The notes: generated from the sequence alone by a model not told the origin. DNA of 64,000 nt from Endomicrobiales bacterium (GCA_963794945.1 CAWCFT010000006.1:117714-181713); one strand, 5' to 3'. Positions 8,601 to 23,600 are shown, counted from the first letter of the stretch. Made by a program: numbers and translations.

Positions 8601-11600
8601 ATGCTTTGGGCTTTTCCAACCAAGGCCGCGAGCCCCACCGGTATAGCAACCGCGAAAACCCTGTATACTATTGTCCAGAAACCAAGCATTTTAGAACCTG
8701 TGACCAGATAAGCAGTAACTGTCAACAGGGCCGCCGCTGAAAACGGCACAAGAAATGATAAGCCTGTCTGTGCAATTCCCCTGGCTCCGTTTGCTCCGCC
8801 TTTTTTTGACATCATTTCATTTATTTTGCTGCCCGCCACACAACCTAATATTAAAACCCAGCCTGTTGCAAACAGCATTATAAAAGGCAGCGCAATATCT
8901 GTAAAATGCAAAGCAAATATTGTTACAGAAATAGCTGCAAAAGCCGCGCTTATCGCCATACCTGCCTTATTAATAGCCTTCACGGTTGATTTTGAGGTAT
9001 TTTGGCTATTAACGGAATGGGCTGAAATATCGGATATTTCAGCCGGTTCGACTGAGGGATTCTCGGTAACAAGCGGCTTATCAGAGGAAACGCTGTTCTT
9101 AATTTTTATCGCAAGATTGAGAAGTTTTGACTGGCTGTTTTCCGGATCCCGGCTTATAAGTTCGTGAAATTTGCCGCTGGTGTTGTTAACCGGGTCTTTT
9201 TGAATGAACCTGTATTCTTCCACCTCGTGCTCAACCAGTGTGTCTATAGCTTTATCAATGCTTTCAAACCCTTCAGGAGGGCTGTTGTTTTTTAAGCACT
9301 CTTTAAGATAATTCATCATCAGGCTTTGCACCCCGAGAGTCACGACCGTGCCTTTGCCTTTTGCCTCTTCCATTCCCAACCCGGCGAACCAGCAGGAATC
9401 CTTTGCCTGTGGGTTATCAACCAGTTTGATATCATTCAGCTCCACAAGGTGTGTTTTTATTTTGGCTTTGACCCTAGATTTCAAGCTCTGTTCTATCTTG
9501 TCCGCCAAGACTTTCCCTGTTTCCTGTGTTTTCATGTTTGAAGCGCCGCCATTGTTAATTAATGGCCACGCGGACGAAACATTTGGGCTCATGATAAAAC
9601 GCGCAAGCAGAGTATCAAAACCGCCCAATGTTTCAACCAGTTTTTGAACATTAAAACCCAGTGAGGTTATCGGAAGGCCTTTTGCCTTTTCCCAAACCAG
9701 GAATGCTTCGGGTTTCAGAGCCGTATCAAGGAAGTACTCCCTGTCATCAACAAATTTTCCGATCTTATTTTTTCCGTACTCTATTTTTTTGTCCGCGTAT
9801 GCCTGCCATAAATAGGAATTTGGAATAAAATCATTGTGGCGGAAAAACTTTCCGTGCCCGGGGATCCCTATAAGAAAGCTTTTCGCCCCGATATAACTGG
9901 CAAAGTCAGCGGCATAATCTATCATCCACTTTGAAAACCTGTCTTTGTTATCCATGTTTTCATATTCGGATGCTATTTCCAGGTTTTGGACGACCAGGCT
10001 GCCGTCTTCGGCAATATACAGCCATAGGCAGGCCACAGCGTGCCCTTGAGGGTCTACAACTTCGATGACATTCATGGCCTCGTCAATAAGCCTCTCTACC
10101 ATCGCATAACTTCTAGTTGAATTCATGCCGAGACAGCAGTCAACGAAATCGCCCATAAATATATCACGCCCGGGGTTTTTCATTATGGGCCGGACTGTAT
10201 ATATTTTGCCGTTATGCTCCAGCGTCCGCGGTGCCATTCTTTGTTCTGCCAGTTTGCCTATATACCTGTCAACATTGATTCCGGCATCAGCCATCGCTTT
10301 TCTTCCAGCTTCATTATTAAGCGCTATTTTTCTCCCAACTTCTCCGTTTTGGCTTGTATTTTCAACATAATCCCAGTAGCTGTCATTTAAAACGGCCGCT
10401 ATAAGACCTTCAAACCAGGGAAGAACATGAGGATATGTCTTAGCAAATAATTTTCTGGCGGCCGTCAGGCGGCCGGCGAATGGAAGGTGCAGTTTATTGA
10501 GCATATCCGGCTTTAGACCATTTTTTTCTATCCCAACCACACTGCACAAACAGGAAAGCAGTTCAACGCGCAAAGAAGCGCACATTTCCTGTTCCATCTG
10601 GGCAACATCCGTAGACCCGCTTTTGAAACTCTTTAACACCTTCTTAAAATCATCCGCCTTTTCAAGCGACATGAAACTATCCGCCAGCGCGGTTATCTTT
10701 ACAAAGCCGCTGAGTTCCATTTTTACTAATTTTCTATTGCCTTGTTTCGCCCTGTTCTCCGCCGTTGTTGACAAAATGTTCTGGGAAAGCGATATGAATG
10801 TTTCAGACATGTCTTTGTCCAGAAGCGCCTGCCTCAAACTGTCTATCAAACGGGTCACGCTTGAAGGAGGGTTATTTTTTTTCGCCGCCGAATCCAGAAG
10901 GCCTTTCATATCATTGATAGCGCCCGGAACGATCATCTCTAGAGCGAGAACGACAGGGGCGTAATCATATTCAAAATTTACCGTGACCTTGTTGCCGGAC
11001 CGGTCGTTGGTTTCGGAAAAACTGTCATTCAAGCCTTTCAATAACGTTTCGAAGGTTTCTAACTCCTGCTCTGTCATTTCTAGTATCTTTTTACGCGCCC
11101 AAAGGTTGTCCCTGGTTACCAGGCCGTTTATAAAAAGAAACCGCATCTTTCTATCTTTTGCCAAAAACTGCAGGTATTTTCCGTAAGTTTCTTTGTTCAA
11201 TCCTATAAGCCCTGTTAGAATATTTTCTTTGACTGCCGGGTCCGGGTCATTTTGCGCCTCATGAAACACAGAGATTATCTTTTCCGCGTACGCTTTCCGG
11301 TTCACTGCGATTTTAATAAGCGATTCTGAAGCCTTCACGCGGACTACCGGCTCATTGTCACTTAGGGCGGGGGCCAGCGCCTCAACTATCTCATCCGTAT
11401 TTGCATCAATAATGGTATCTTCATCAGAGCTTGCCGCGCTTCCCTACCCCTCCCAGGGCTGAGGCGGCGTACGTTTTTACACTTACATTCGGCGCGGCCA
11501 ATGCATTGCGTAATTCTTTAACTATATCTTCGCGTAGCGCTTGAACATGCCACAGCTTTGGCATCGTTGCGACAACCTTTAATCTAAGAGGCTCATCCGC

Positions 11601-14600
11601 GCCGTCGTTATTGGCCTCGCGTAAAATAGCCATGACTTTTCTGATGACCAATTCGGACGCGCCCTCACTGCCGGCCATATCAATCAATCTCTCTGAAGCC
11701 CGCGTTGCCACGATCGGGGTTGATGAGCGCAGTCCTTCGCGCAGTAAACTCATAATTTTGTCTATTATCTCATCACTTACTTTTTCACTGTTTAGAATGT
11801 CCTCCCACGCGTCATATGCTATCAGGCGGACATGAAGGTCATCATTAGTAATTGTCGCTTTACTCAAGGCTGGAATAATATCATTAATTAAAATATCGTT
11901 ATCCCGGGCCTCAAGATTAAGCGCAATAAGTCCCAGCTCGCGCGCGGCGCCTTCCTGGGCTTCATAATTGCCTTCTTCCAATACCTGGCGCAGTATGCCT
12001 GTGATTTCTTCAATAACAGGTCTTTCAGCGCCAACCTGGCTGGCCATTCTTTCAAGCCCTCCCAGAATACTCTCTCGCATTACGCCCTTGTCATTTCCAT
12101 CCAGAATTGAAACTAAATATTTTTGTATTTCTTTGCTTATATTTTTACGGCGCCCAATTTTACATAGAGATTGGGAAATTTTTATTTGAACATTTTGAAA
12201 TGCGCCCTTAAGCGCCCCTTGCAGAACAGCTGCAATTTCACGGGCTGTATCATCGGATATGTCTTCCCGGCTTCCAATATTGCCAAGCGCCGCGGCCGCG
12301 TCAGCTATCGCGCTAGGTGAAGGGCTTTCCTTTAATTGGCTGTAAAATGCCTGCAGTATTTCTTTAATGCCAGCCCCTTCGGCTGAAGGTGGTAAATGCA
12401 ATGCCGCGGGACTGGGTTTTTCATCCTGATTGTTTTCGCTGTTGGCATTTTGTTGGTTGACCTGAATAGCGGGGCCTTCGGCTGAAGACGTGGGATTAAA
12501 TATTGGGGAATTAATAACTTGTTCTCGCGGCGCTTCTTTTGCCGGATTTATGGTGTTTTGGATTTTTTTATCCAGAAACCGTTTGTACTCCAGCGCGCGC
12601 CGGAACATGGTGCGGGCGAACAGGCGGGCTGGCGGCCCGACACTTTTATTATCTTTTTTACCGATTTGATATTCATCATAATGCCAAAGCCCGCCCGAAT
12701 TGCGCCCGTTGACTTCTATTACAACCGGCATAAGAACGCCTTCCGCGTCCCGCGCGATAATGTCCACCCCGGCGAAGTCAACCTGCTGATTTGCAGGAGG
12801 CGCTTTAGCTAAGTCGGGCTTTCACTTCAAGAGCGCGCGCAGCATTTAACGCTGTTTTTTCTACGCGATCCCTGAAATCCGCGGCTTCCTGAGGCGAAAG
12901 GTCCAGCCGCCAGCACAAGCTCCTTGAAATCCGTGGTGAAAGCCTTCTGGGATATATTTATAGCTTTGCCTCGCACTCCGCAGCGCACTACAAGCGCGGA
13001 GACAGCCATGGAACCGCTCCGGTCGCGGGATACAAGAACACGGAAATTCCAATCTACCCAACTCCGTTTTTCCTTGAAATAACGCGGCGCTATGCGTTCT
13101 TCCATTATAACGTCGTCACCAAGGTCCGCGGTCATGACTCCAGCTTTCCGCACCTTGCGCTGTTTGGTTAGAAGCTCCAATATATGCCGGGCGATCTCAT
13201 TATCATTTGCTGTATCGGCAAAAATGCGGACACCTTTACCTTGGCTGCCTCCGGCCGGTTTTACAACTACTGAAAGATGTTTTTGCCTGAAATTACTTAT
13301 ATAAGGCAAAATATCTTCTATGACAGTGGATTCGGATAATTGAACGGGCCGTGTCCGAGCCTCGGTTTTTTCTGCTATCATAGGGTATTTGCTTATGGCG
13401 GCTGACCGGATAAACGCTATTCCTTCCGAAGTTGGAACACCGGCTTCTTCCAGCGCCCAGTTGGTTTTGATTTTGTTAGTGGCCAGAGCTTCGAACAGGC
13501 GGCTTTCGGAAAGCGGCACGCTGATCTTGGAAATGTGAGGGCAAGTGCCCGCTTGCGCGGGTGGCGATATAATGAGCCTCAACAGGCTCCTTGAAATTAA
13601 GCAGGCTGAGGCGAAAGTTACGGCTGGTTGCCCTATCCATAAAAAGGGCCTTTTTAATTTTAACACGGCCGTCAGTATCGGCCGACAACCAATGGGGGTC
13701 CAGTATCATCAGGATATTTGCCGGGCGGTTTAACGCCCTGGCCTGCCGGCGCAATTCCAGCATCAGGGAAAGGGTGTTGTGCACTATGCTGGTATGGCTT
13801 TGGGCAAGAATGATGTTAACTGCATTAGGGTTATGGTTTAATAGCGCGGCGCTGTCGCTAACGCTCCTGAACACGCCGCTATAGCCGGATTTGCGGATAT
13901 AACTGCTGAGTTTTAGAGCGGTAAGCTCGGGCAATGGCTCGCTTCGTCCTGATTTTATCTGAAAAGGCTCGCCTTCGGGAGGAATTATGTAAGTCGTTTC
14001 TTCCTGCGAAACATTCACTTGATTGCCCCGGCCGAAATCGATAACTATGCCGCCCGGCTCCTCAGCTGTTTCATCCTCTATCGGGCCTATTTCAAAACTC
14101 TCCTCGCCCTCCTCAAACTGAGCTGACGCCGCGTTATCAATATCAGCACCGGGCTTAGGCTCGAAAACTGCTGGCAGCGAGCCTGATATTCCTGAGCTGA
14201 TCTCTGAATTGTTCAGTAATTCCCATAGGTGTTTTTCAATAATATTTTGGAGCTCTTCCCGTGAAAGGTTTAATAATTCCAGATCAAAACCCAGCCGGAC
14301 AGCTTCTTCGTGGGTTTTGCCGGTTGATTCCAGGTATTCATGGATCAACGCTAATGTCGCGGCCGGAATAATTTTGTCGGAATATTTCTCTTTGAACTGC
14401 CTGGGCAGGATCACATGGAGAATGCCGTGTTTATCTTTACTGTATGTCACTGACCTGAAATTAAATACGCTGTCCTCATTTTTTTGCGGCGGAGAGTTCA
14501 TTGTGTCAATAATAACCCTACCCTTAAACTGTTCGAGCAGCGGCTGGTCAAGAACCGCTTTTGTAAGCTCAGCGTCAAACTCAATATTGCCTTCAAGCGC

Positions 14601-17600
14601 CAACAGCTTTAACCGCAAGGTCATGAGCTATTACTCCAGCGGCTCTGCCGGAAGCATATTCATTCACTTCTTTAACGAACGGGTCATAAATTCTTTTATT
14701 CACCATCAAACTAACGCCCACAGCCAGCCAGAAGTTAACTCCAGAAAGAGAATTTGATATTGACTGCGTTTCCTGCGCGTATTGGCTCCTGTCCTCAGCC
14801 TGGCTTTCTTTTACGGATATCATATCATTAAGCGTTTCCATGTCTTCCGGCAGCGCATTGCTTACAGCTATGATAACATCAAACTTGTCGCCCTTGAGCT
14901 GTTTGAGCTTATTGTCTATCAGTTTTTCCATGTAGGCGTGTTTATATTCTATATTCTTGGGAATATAATTAGCTGAACCGCTGCGCCCTTCATTCCTGAA
15001 TAATGAGATAATATCAGGGTTAAAAAGAAAATCTTTCATGTCCGCAAGAGCTATCTTGATCGACATGCCTTTGTCAGTAACGCTGATTTCCTTCAAATAC
15101 TCGGGCCTATGTTTAAGGAACTCTATTACCGCCTTTACCGTGTTGCCGCCTTCATTTTCTCCCTGGTAGACAAGGTTCCTGATATTGCTGAACTTCCTGT
15201 CGGAAAGTACTTTTAAATGGGATAATTTAACCGGGGTTTCTCCAAGCACCTGCTGGTATAGTTTTTTCAGCGTTATATGGAATTTCGCTTCAAAAACAGT
15301 ATTATCACTTATCGCGTCAAACTCTTTTTCCAGGCCGGGGCTAACCTCGACAACCTTATTGATAGCCTCAAGTTTGCCAAAATTGACGCTTTTCAGCACG
15401 GAACCGCGGACAACAACTATTTCGTATAGAAGCGAAATGTCCCCGGAAATCCCCAACACATCGCTGTGCTGCCTGTTCTCTTTTGCACGCTTCGGACATT
15501 TTATATATATCTTTAACTACCTTATCATGCACAAGCTCTTTGGAAGGGCCGTCATAGTCCAGCAAAGCCCTGACTTTTCTTATCAGCCGCAGGTAGCTGA
15601 AATCATTGTTTTGAAATTTCTTTATCCTGTTAAAAGTTTCGGCGGGAATTCCGTATTCAGCGGAAACATTGTAGGCGGGGTTATTTTCCCGGTCCAATTC
15701 CTCAAGGTTTTTCTTAATTGTTTTCTGAAGCGCATTTTCAGGATAGGATAAAAGCTCGGAGCCGAAACCAAGATCGACCACCTCAGAATGGGTTTTCCCG
15801 GTTGCTTCAAGGTATTCGTGAATTACAGCCAAAGTAGCGGCTGGAATGATCTTGTCGGAATATTCCTCTTTGAACTGTTGGGGCAGGACTACATGTAAAA
15901 CGCTGTTTTCATCTTTGCTGAACCAAACTATTTTTTCTTCTTTTATTTTTCTTGATTTATTTACGGCCAATTTCAGCGGAGGCCCGTTCATCATGTCTAT
16001 TACGACTTTCCCTTTAAGCTTGGTTAACAGCGGCTGGCTAAAGACCGCCTCCGTGAGTTCTGTATCGGGTGTGATATTACCGCCAAGGGCAGTAAAAGCT
16101 TCCACCGCAAGCCCATGGTCTATTGCCTCTTTAGACCTGCTTGACGCGTAATTTATGATCTCGCCTGCGATGGGGTTGTCAGCGCCAAACCTCGAAATCA
16201 ATACGTTGCCTACGGCTCTCCAGATATTAACTCCGGAAAGCGAGCCTCTTGCGCCTTTTTTCTCAGGCGCGAAGCTTACCACCCAGGAATCCCCCGCGGG
16301 TTCAAGGCTTAAGACGTCTTCCGGATTTTTCATTATGCCGGAACGCTTGCGCACTGTTATCAGCGGGTCTTCCTTATCACCGCTTATCTCTATCCTGTTC
16401 GCTATTTTTTTAATCTTTGGTTTTACACTGTATGTCAATGTTGTTTTGAGCATCTTTGCCCACGGCAGCCAGGACCTGTTCTTTCCCAGGGGGACAGGCA
16501 TTACGTTCGTTATCCGCGGGTCGTCAGGCTTAAAAGACAGCGTGATGTTTTTGCCGGCGCGCAGTTCATTTTCATTTTTTGAGCCTAAAAATGACCTTGT
16601 GTTAAATTCTAGGCCTACCGAACTGTCGCCGCTGAACAGCGGTATTATAAAGCCTGACATCATTGAAATAACTGAAGATATTAATATTGTGGGGACAATA
16701 GCGTCATTTAACCCAAGTTTTAAAAATCCAATGCCCAGAAGCATGCCCCCGCCGCCTATAACACCCCTCATTATTTGAGAATAATTTTCAATATTTTTAT
16801 TTTGTTTCGCAAAACCTTTTTTTATGGAGTCTTCGTTAGATAAAATTGCTCCTTCCGTGATTTCCGTGAGGTAAAACCCCTCTAAATTGCTCAACACTAA
16901 ATACAGGATGTTCTGGCCAAGGAATATCGCGAGGTACACGGTTGGCACCAGGCTGAAAAGAAGCCCTCCAAACTGCATTTTTCCGTAAATACTGGCGGGC
17001 ACCAGCGCAAAGAAGAGCAGGCAGCTGACGACATTGAGAACGGCATTATAAATAAAATACTTTGACAGCCGCTTTACCCCTTTTTCATTCTGTATCTTTT
17101 TCTCCCAGATGTGCCCCTTTATCATGTCCGTCCTGTTATCAGCGCGCATCATTTGAATATTGACTACCCTGTTAGTGGCAAAAGTGCAGGCAATAATTAT
17201 TACGCTCGCTTCGATCACTTCGAGAACAAGGTTGTATATGTTCAGCACGCCTATATTCGCCGCGTATGTTAATATTGTGGGCAATATCATGCCAACCAGC
17301 AGAGAGTTCACAAAAGTAGAAGCGGCCCATGATATTTCGCTTACCCTCACAAGCTTGTTATACGCGAGCGCTTTAAAATATATCAGCCGTTTATTGGCGA
17401 ACGTAAGCATATTTTCTTTCATGAGCACTAGGCCAGGGTTGCTCACCTCAAGCAATGCCGTCCCATAAGATACGGCTTTTTGTTTTATTGCGTCAAATTC
17501 AGCCGCTTTAACCGCGACCTTGCTGAATTTCGGCATGAAGAAGAACGTGTCCGCTGAGAACAGTTTTTCCAACTCCTCATCAGCGGGCATATTTTCTTCT

Positions 17601-20600
17601 TCATTCTCAAAAATGAATAGCACTTCCGAAGGCCTGCTGTTTTCAATAATACTCCTCATAAAAAGCGTCGGTATTTCGCGTTTTTCGGTTTTATCGCCGC
17701 GCTTAAAAATAATTGTTAGAAGCCCGTCATCCTTGCGCGCTTCGAGAAAGGCCGCCCGCGACTTCTTTGCCTATCTTGCCGTCAAAATAATGAAGCACGT
17801 ATGTTGTTACGGAATTTTGCTGTTTCATAGAAAGTTTATCTTCTATGATTGTATTAATGGCGCCTCTCTTTCTAATTGCTCTAATTATTTTCGCATTGAA
17901 TTTATTGATTTCAACAGGCGTGCCTTCGTATTCGGGAATATTATCTCTTTGGGTGCTGGAGGCATTCTTTTTATCATTTGTTAAAAGCCCCGGTATCGAC
18001 TCTAAACCATTTTTGCTGACACCTTTATATATTTCTTTGGCTGTAAATAAAATTACGAGCCACGCCGCACGCGAGCGATGCCAGCCCTACCAGCGGGCTG
18101 GACATTAAACCTGACAGGCTGCCGCCAAGGCCAGTCATTGAATAAAGGGTTATTGGCGCGACGAAGAGGAACGCGAAGGTAAATACAATTTTAAGCGCTG
18201 AATTTAATGATTTGTTTCCGTTATTTTCAGCTCTCACTTGCCCTGTTTTTAAAACCCCGGTTGCCCCGCCTTCATTTTCAGCCGCCGCTGCGTTGATGTT
18301 TTTCACTGACTTCAAATAAGCCAGGGCCTCGAACAAATTCATCTGTTTCTTGTTTTCCAAACCGGCGGGCACGTTAACCGCGGACAACTCTTCCTGGCCA
18401 ACTGCTTGCGTGCCGGGCAAAACCTGAGGATTCTCTTTGAACAGCGCAAAGTAGGTAGCATGCGTAAGAACGTTTAATATAAAAGTAGCTCCGGGGAACG
18501 GGAGCACAGTTCCCACCAACGTGCTGGCCCAGTTCATGGAAACTTCTATTGAACGCTTGTCCTTATACCAGGCCGGAGCCTTTCCTGGCGGATAGTGGCG
18601 TTTCCTGTAACTCGGATGGAAAGATTTAAAAAACTCCTTCACGCCTATAAAAAGCCCTATTGTGAATTCCGAATAGCCTTCCGCCCGCAGGAAATCAACG
18701 GAGGCCTGGTTCTCTGGAAGAGAGGTTGTTCCGCGCGAAAAAGTATTTTCAGTCCCTTTGCTTCTATTTTCGTTATATTCAAACTGTCCGGAGCCTGGCG
18801 CTTGCGGCTGGCCGGCCGTTTCCGGCGCTCCGTCAAGATATTCTTTCACGAACTCATCGCCGCCTGCTGCGTACGCGCATCCCCTCAACAACCGCACAGT
18901 GCCCTCGAAAGTGATCAACAGAGAATCGCCTATCACTGGAACTATATCCGGTTTATCTACATCTCTATTCAGCCCTTTTTCAATGCCAAAACTTTCTTTT
19001 GTTATATCCTTGCGGCCGGGCCACGGCAGATAATTGTCGAGCTTTGTTCTTACGGCCCACGCCCCGTCATTAGCGTACCCGGCGCGAGACGAAGTAAAAT
19101 GGCTGAGGAAATTGTGCACAGGCCCGCTGAAAACGGTTGGGATCTCATGCGTATGCCCGAAAAATATGTTCAGAACTGCCTTTTCCCGCCCCATTTTCAT
19201 TAAGATACCATAGCGTCATTTTTCCTAATGCTATCGCACGTGCGCTGATATCACGCGTTTCCTGCAGAAGCATCTTCGCGACTGTTGCGCCTGCCAGCCT
19301 GTTTAAGACATTAGCTATAATATCCTCTACGCGGTTCGAGATATGTTTGCCTATCCAGCCGAGAAGCCAGAACCATCGCGGGTACTGCAGGGTTATTGTT
19401 TAAAGCCCCGTCCGATACGTGCCCATGTTCAAAATACAACCCGCGTTCAGCGTCAAAATAATACCTTACTACTTCGGCATTGAGGTCTTCCTGGACTTTT
19501 TGGTTCAGGTTCTCCCTGCTGTCGCGAAGCATTGAAACAAGTCCCTGCGCCGCTGCCTGGTTTTCTTGTTCTGTTACGCTTTCATCCACGTAATAAATAT
19601 TTGCCCTGTCATCATATACAGCCCGGTTTTCAAGGCCTCCGCTTAAAACTATCTTTCAGCCGCGGATAAAATCCTTAACAGATGGCAGCGCCGCGAGGCG
19701 CTCAAGAGCTTCAGCTTTCGGCCCCAAAACGATCACATGTTTTTTCGCGGTTTCCAGCAGTTCCTTTTTCGCGCCCTCAAGGAAATCCGGATGAATTACT
19801 CTGTCATGATTGCCAGCTATGTAAATAACCCTGCGCGCTTGTTTGAGTTTATCAAATAGCGCCTGATGGGCCTTTTTTGTTTTGCCGTATTTTTCCTGCC
19901 AAAAGTCTATAAAATCACCGTTAATTATTACCAGAGAGCGGTTGGCAACCGCTTTATCTAATAGCTGTATGAGTTCCGTTTCTTTCTGCAGGCCGAATTT
20001 ATACGGCGAACCCGCGTGTACATCGGAGAAATTCAGTATCGTGTAAAAGCCCCGCACAAACCGTTCGACATCCTTAACGGCTGACGCGTCCGCATTTTCC
20101 GATTCAACGGAAAAACCTTCGCCTTCAAATTTGACCAGTACGTGTCCCAGCCTGCCGATGGTTTGGGCGCAGCGGGCATTCAATTCTTCGACTAAATACT
20201 GAGATTCTCTCTGGTCTATCCGGCCGCAAACAGCCAGATATTTTCCTGATTCGGCCAGGCCGGAGGCAAAACCTGCCGTGCCCGTTTCCTGGGGGAGTTT
20301 GCCGTTGAAAAACTCTATCCCTTCCAGCCGTTTCAAATATTCTTTCTTTTCTGAATCTTCTTTTTCAAGGCGGGACATGCTAATGCGAGTCTTTTTAAGC
20401 ACTATATTCGCTTCAGCGGAAAGGTCCGGACGGGGCTTTGCTTTATCCCCTTCAAACACTTCAACGCTGCCGCCATTAATTACGAACAGCAGGTCTTTTT
20501 CCATCATCTCGTTCCAGAAAAAGCCCGCCGATACAAGAACCCTCACGTATTCTGACACAAAACTTCTATCCTGGCCCGAAACACCTATATATGTCGGTTC

Positions 20601-23600
20601 GTTTGGATTTATCTGTTGAGTATAAATATAATTGTTTTCGGCTTTATCCTGCCACGTCCTTCCTAGCCTTGAGTGGTAATCAAACTTTTTCGCGGCCAGT
20701 GTAAGGGATAGAGTTTTATCGCCTGTTTTTACCTGCTGAGTATATTCTCCCTCAATTCCTTCAGGTTCAAGCGCGGTAATATTTTTGCTCTTTTGCGGCC
20801 TTAAGCGGCCTATAAACGTTTCTAACGCTTTGGCCGCTCCTGTTTTGCCCGCCTTTGACATCTTAACCAGCAGGTCTTCAACATTATTGTGAAAGTTATT
20901 GACATCGGATTTCGCCAGGCGGAGCAATCTCGAGCTGATCTCAGGATTATTCAGAGCCTCAATAATTTCCAGCATAAAAGGAGGCTGTATTTTAACCGGG
21001 GTTTTGTTATCGCCCAAAGTTTTATTGGCCGCTGTTTGTTTCCTGGCCTCTGCGGGAGTTTCTATTTGAAGTTCTCCCACAGTTAAAGTATTGCCGGGAA
21101 AGAAAATATTGTAAATGAAATGCGAAATTGAATTTGCTATATAAGCGGCCACGGATGCCGCGAGAATGGAATGTTCAAAACCAAAATACGCGCCTAAACC
21201 TGCAAGCAGCGTCAGCGCCCAGATACCCGCCGCACCCCAACCGCGGAACTTGCCAAGGCCGGCCTTGCCTCTAACTAAAGATGCTGTATGCGCCGTAATA
21301 TCAGCGATGTTCCAAACCGGGATCAAAGGCATGATCAATTCAGTTATGCGCGCGCTCCAGCCAAGACGGCGGCCGTGCTTGTAGCTCCAATCTGTGGTCA
21401 GCGCCCCGTTCTCTTTGGCTTTAATCGTATCGAACCAAACAGCCATGCTTTTATTGGCTATGGTATTTTGCGAATAATATTTATTCTGCCATACATCTAT
21501 AGGGTCAAGGCCGTTATAAGCCCTCACGGGATTGTTGATTTTCTGGAGCTGATACCGCCAGCGATAGTGATCGTATACGTCCAACGCATGCGCCGCGTAC
21601 ATCTGAGCCAACTCTCTGTCATTTTTGATGATCGTGAGGTTTTCGTCATTGTTGTAAGACGCCCTGTAACCGAGGTTATGGCTGCCAGTGATCACCTTAC
21701 AGTTATCAGTGAAAGGGTCAATAACAATGATCTTGTCATGGATAATGGCATGGGCGCCCGGAGAAGATTTTAATAGTTCCTGCTGCCAGTAGCCGAATTG
21801 ATCCTGAGCGTTAACAGCGGAGGCAGTTACTACGGAGTCGGCCTGCTCCATGCTTCCGTGAAAAAGAGAAACATAATGAGCCGTCGCCTTGGGATCCGTG
21901 ACCGCTCCGCGCACAAAAAGCGAAGGGTTTTTCTCTTGAGCTTCAGCGATAACATCCATGAACGAGGGGCTTCCCGGCTGAAAAGCCAGGAAGAGCACCG
22001 ACTCTTTAGCCGACCGTATCGCGTCCGCGACCGCAGCCATGTCCGCCGGCTCTTCCGGGTCTTTCTGCGGCTTATTCTTAAGCTGGGTATTTGGTGAAAA
22101 ATAAAGACTGAGTTCGCTGCCATCCACCATCAAAGGCGGTATTTCTTCATTGTTCCTGCTTCTAAACTCCGCGGATTGTTCAGCGCCGTCCGCTTTCAGC
22201 CGCTCCCAGTAATCTTTGAAAGCCGAGGCATAGTTCGGGTCTTCAATAATGAGAGTATTATTCGATTGCGCGCAAAGAGCCGTAGAGGTCCAATTAGTAC
22301 TGCCTGTTGCCACGGCCTGAGCGTTCCCATTTTTATCAACATAAACCGTGAATTTATTATGGCCTATATGGCCGCTTGTGAGCATGCGGTCATAAATATC
22401 AACTCCGGAATCGTGCAGTGACTGCCTTGCCTCAACATCGGTTGCGTCATCCTGTCCGGTATTTGAAAGTATTATATGCAGTTTTTTGTTGCCTTTAAGC
22501 ATTTCCAGCAATTCAGGGTCATTTAATTCATAAAGCGCCAGATAGCATTCGCCGCCTTCCTGTTCAGCGCGCTTGACCAAAATGTTTAATGCCTCTATCA
22601 TTTGCCCGGCAAGCTCACCGCGCATAGAATCACCCGGCGTGTTTATGTGGCCAAGAAGGGCCTGGTAACTCGGTTGTCCATCGGGCATTTGCGGTAATCG
22701 ATGAGCCAGCGATTGCGTTGAAAGTATCCGCGGTTAAAGAAGGCCTTGATCTTTCCGGCGCCGGGAGAGACAGTGACCTGGCCGGTTTTTAGAGTGTTGG
22801 CGGTATCGGGTTTAAGGTCGCCCGGCTTGCCTATCATTGGAACCACTTCATAAACATACGAAGCCCCGCGCTCGGCTTCAAGGTCTCGCCAGTTGAACCT
22901 CTGAACCGGCCAAATGCTTGTATCTTTGGGTTCCCATTTGTCATTTTTCTGGCCTTTAAAACCCACCCACGCCGGGAGTATTACGCGGTTACCGGTTTTT
23001 GCATCGGTGCGGTATACAGCGAACCCAAGGCAATTCGGGATCTTCTCCGGATACTGCCAGGCAATAAAAGCAACGTCATTGTTCGCATAAGCCACAGCTC
23101 TTTTTAAAGAAGCTGCTTCGCCTTCTTCAGTGCCCACAGTAAGCGAATGCCGTTTAAAGATGAGGTTATATAAATAGTGAGTGATTGAATTTGCAAGGTA
23201 GGCGGCTGCGGTTGCAGTAAGAATAGAGTGCCCGAAATAGAGATATGTGACAAATGCTGCCAACTGCGTAGCCTTAAAGATAATCGCCGCGCCTGTTCCG
23301 CGAAATCTATCAAGCCCCGCCATATCTTGGAGCTTTTGGTTCTTTATGTCTAATAACTTCGCAATTCCGGCCGCTATCAGCAGCCCAGTATGCGCAAAAG
23401 AATCAGCTATACCCCAAACAGGCACCCACGGCATGCGCAGTTCAGTCGCGCGTTTATCCCAGCCCAGGCGCCTGCCCATTGCGTAGCTCCATCCTGTTAT
23501 CAGCGCTTTGTCCGTATGTTTAGATAACTCCGGCCCCGCCGTTATTGCTCGTTCCTCTTCAATTGTATTGAACCACTTTTTCTTAAATTCGATCAAAGCC

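Noticed and set aside
16620..17360. Stand-alone MFS transporter
   Set aside because: Only about 6 TM helices, no clear MFS motif A, and in frame with flanking giant-protein sequence.
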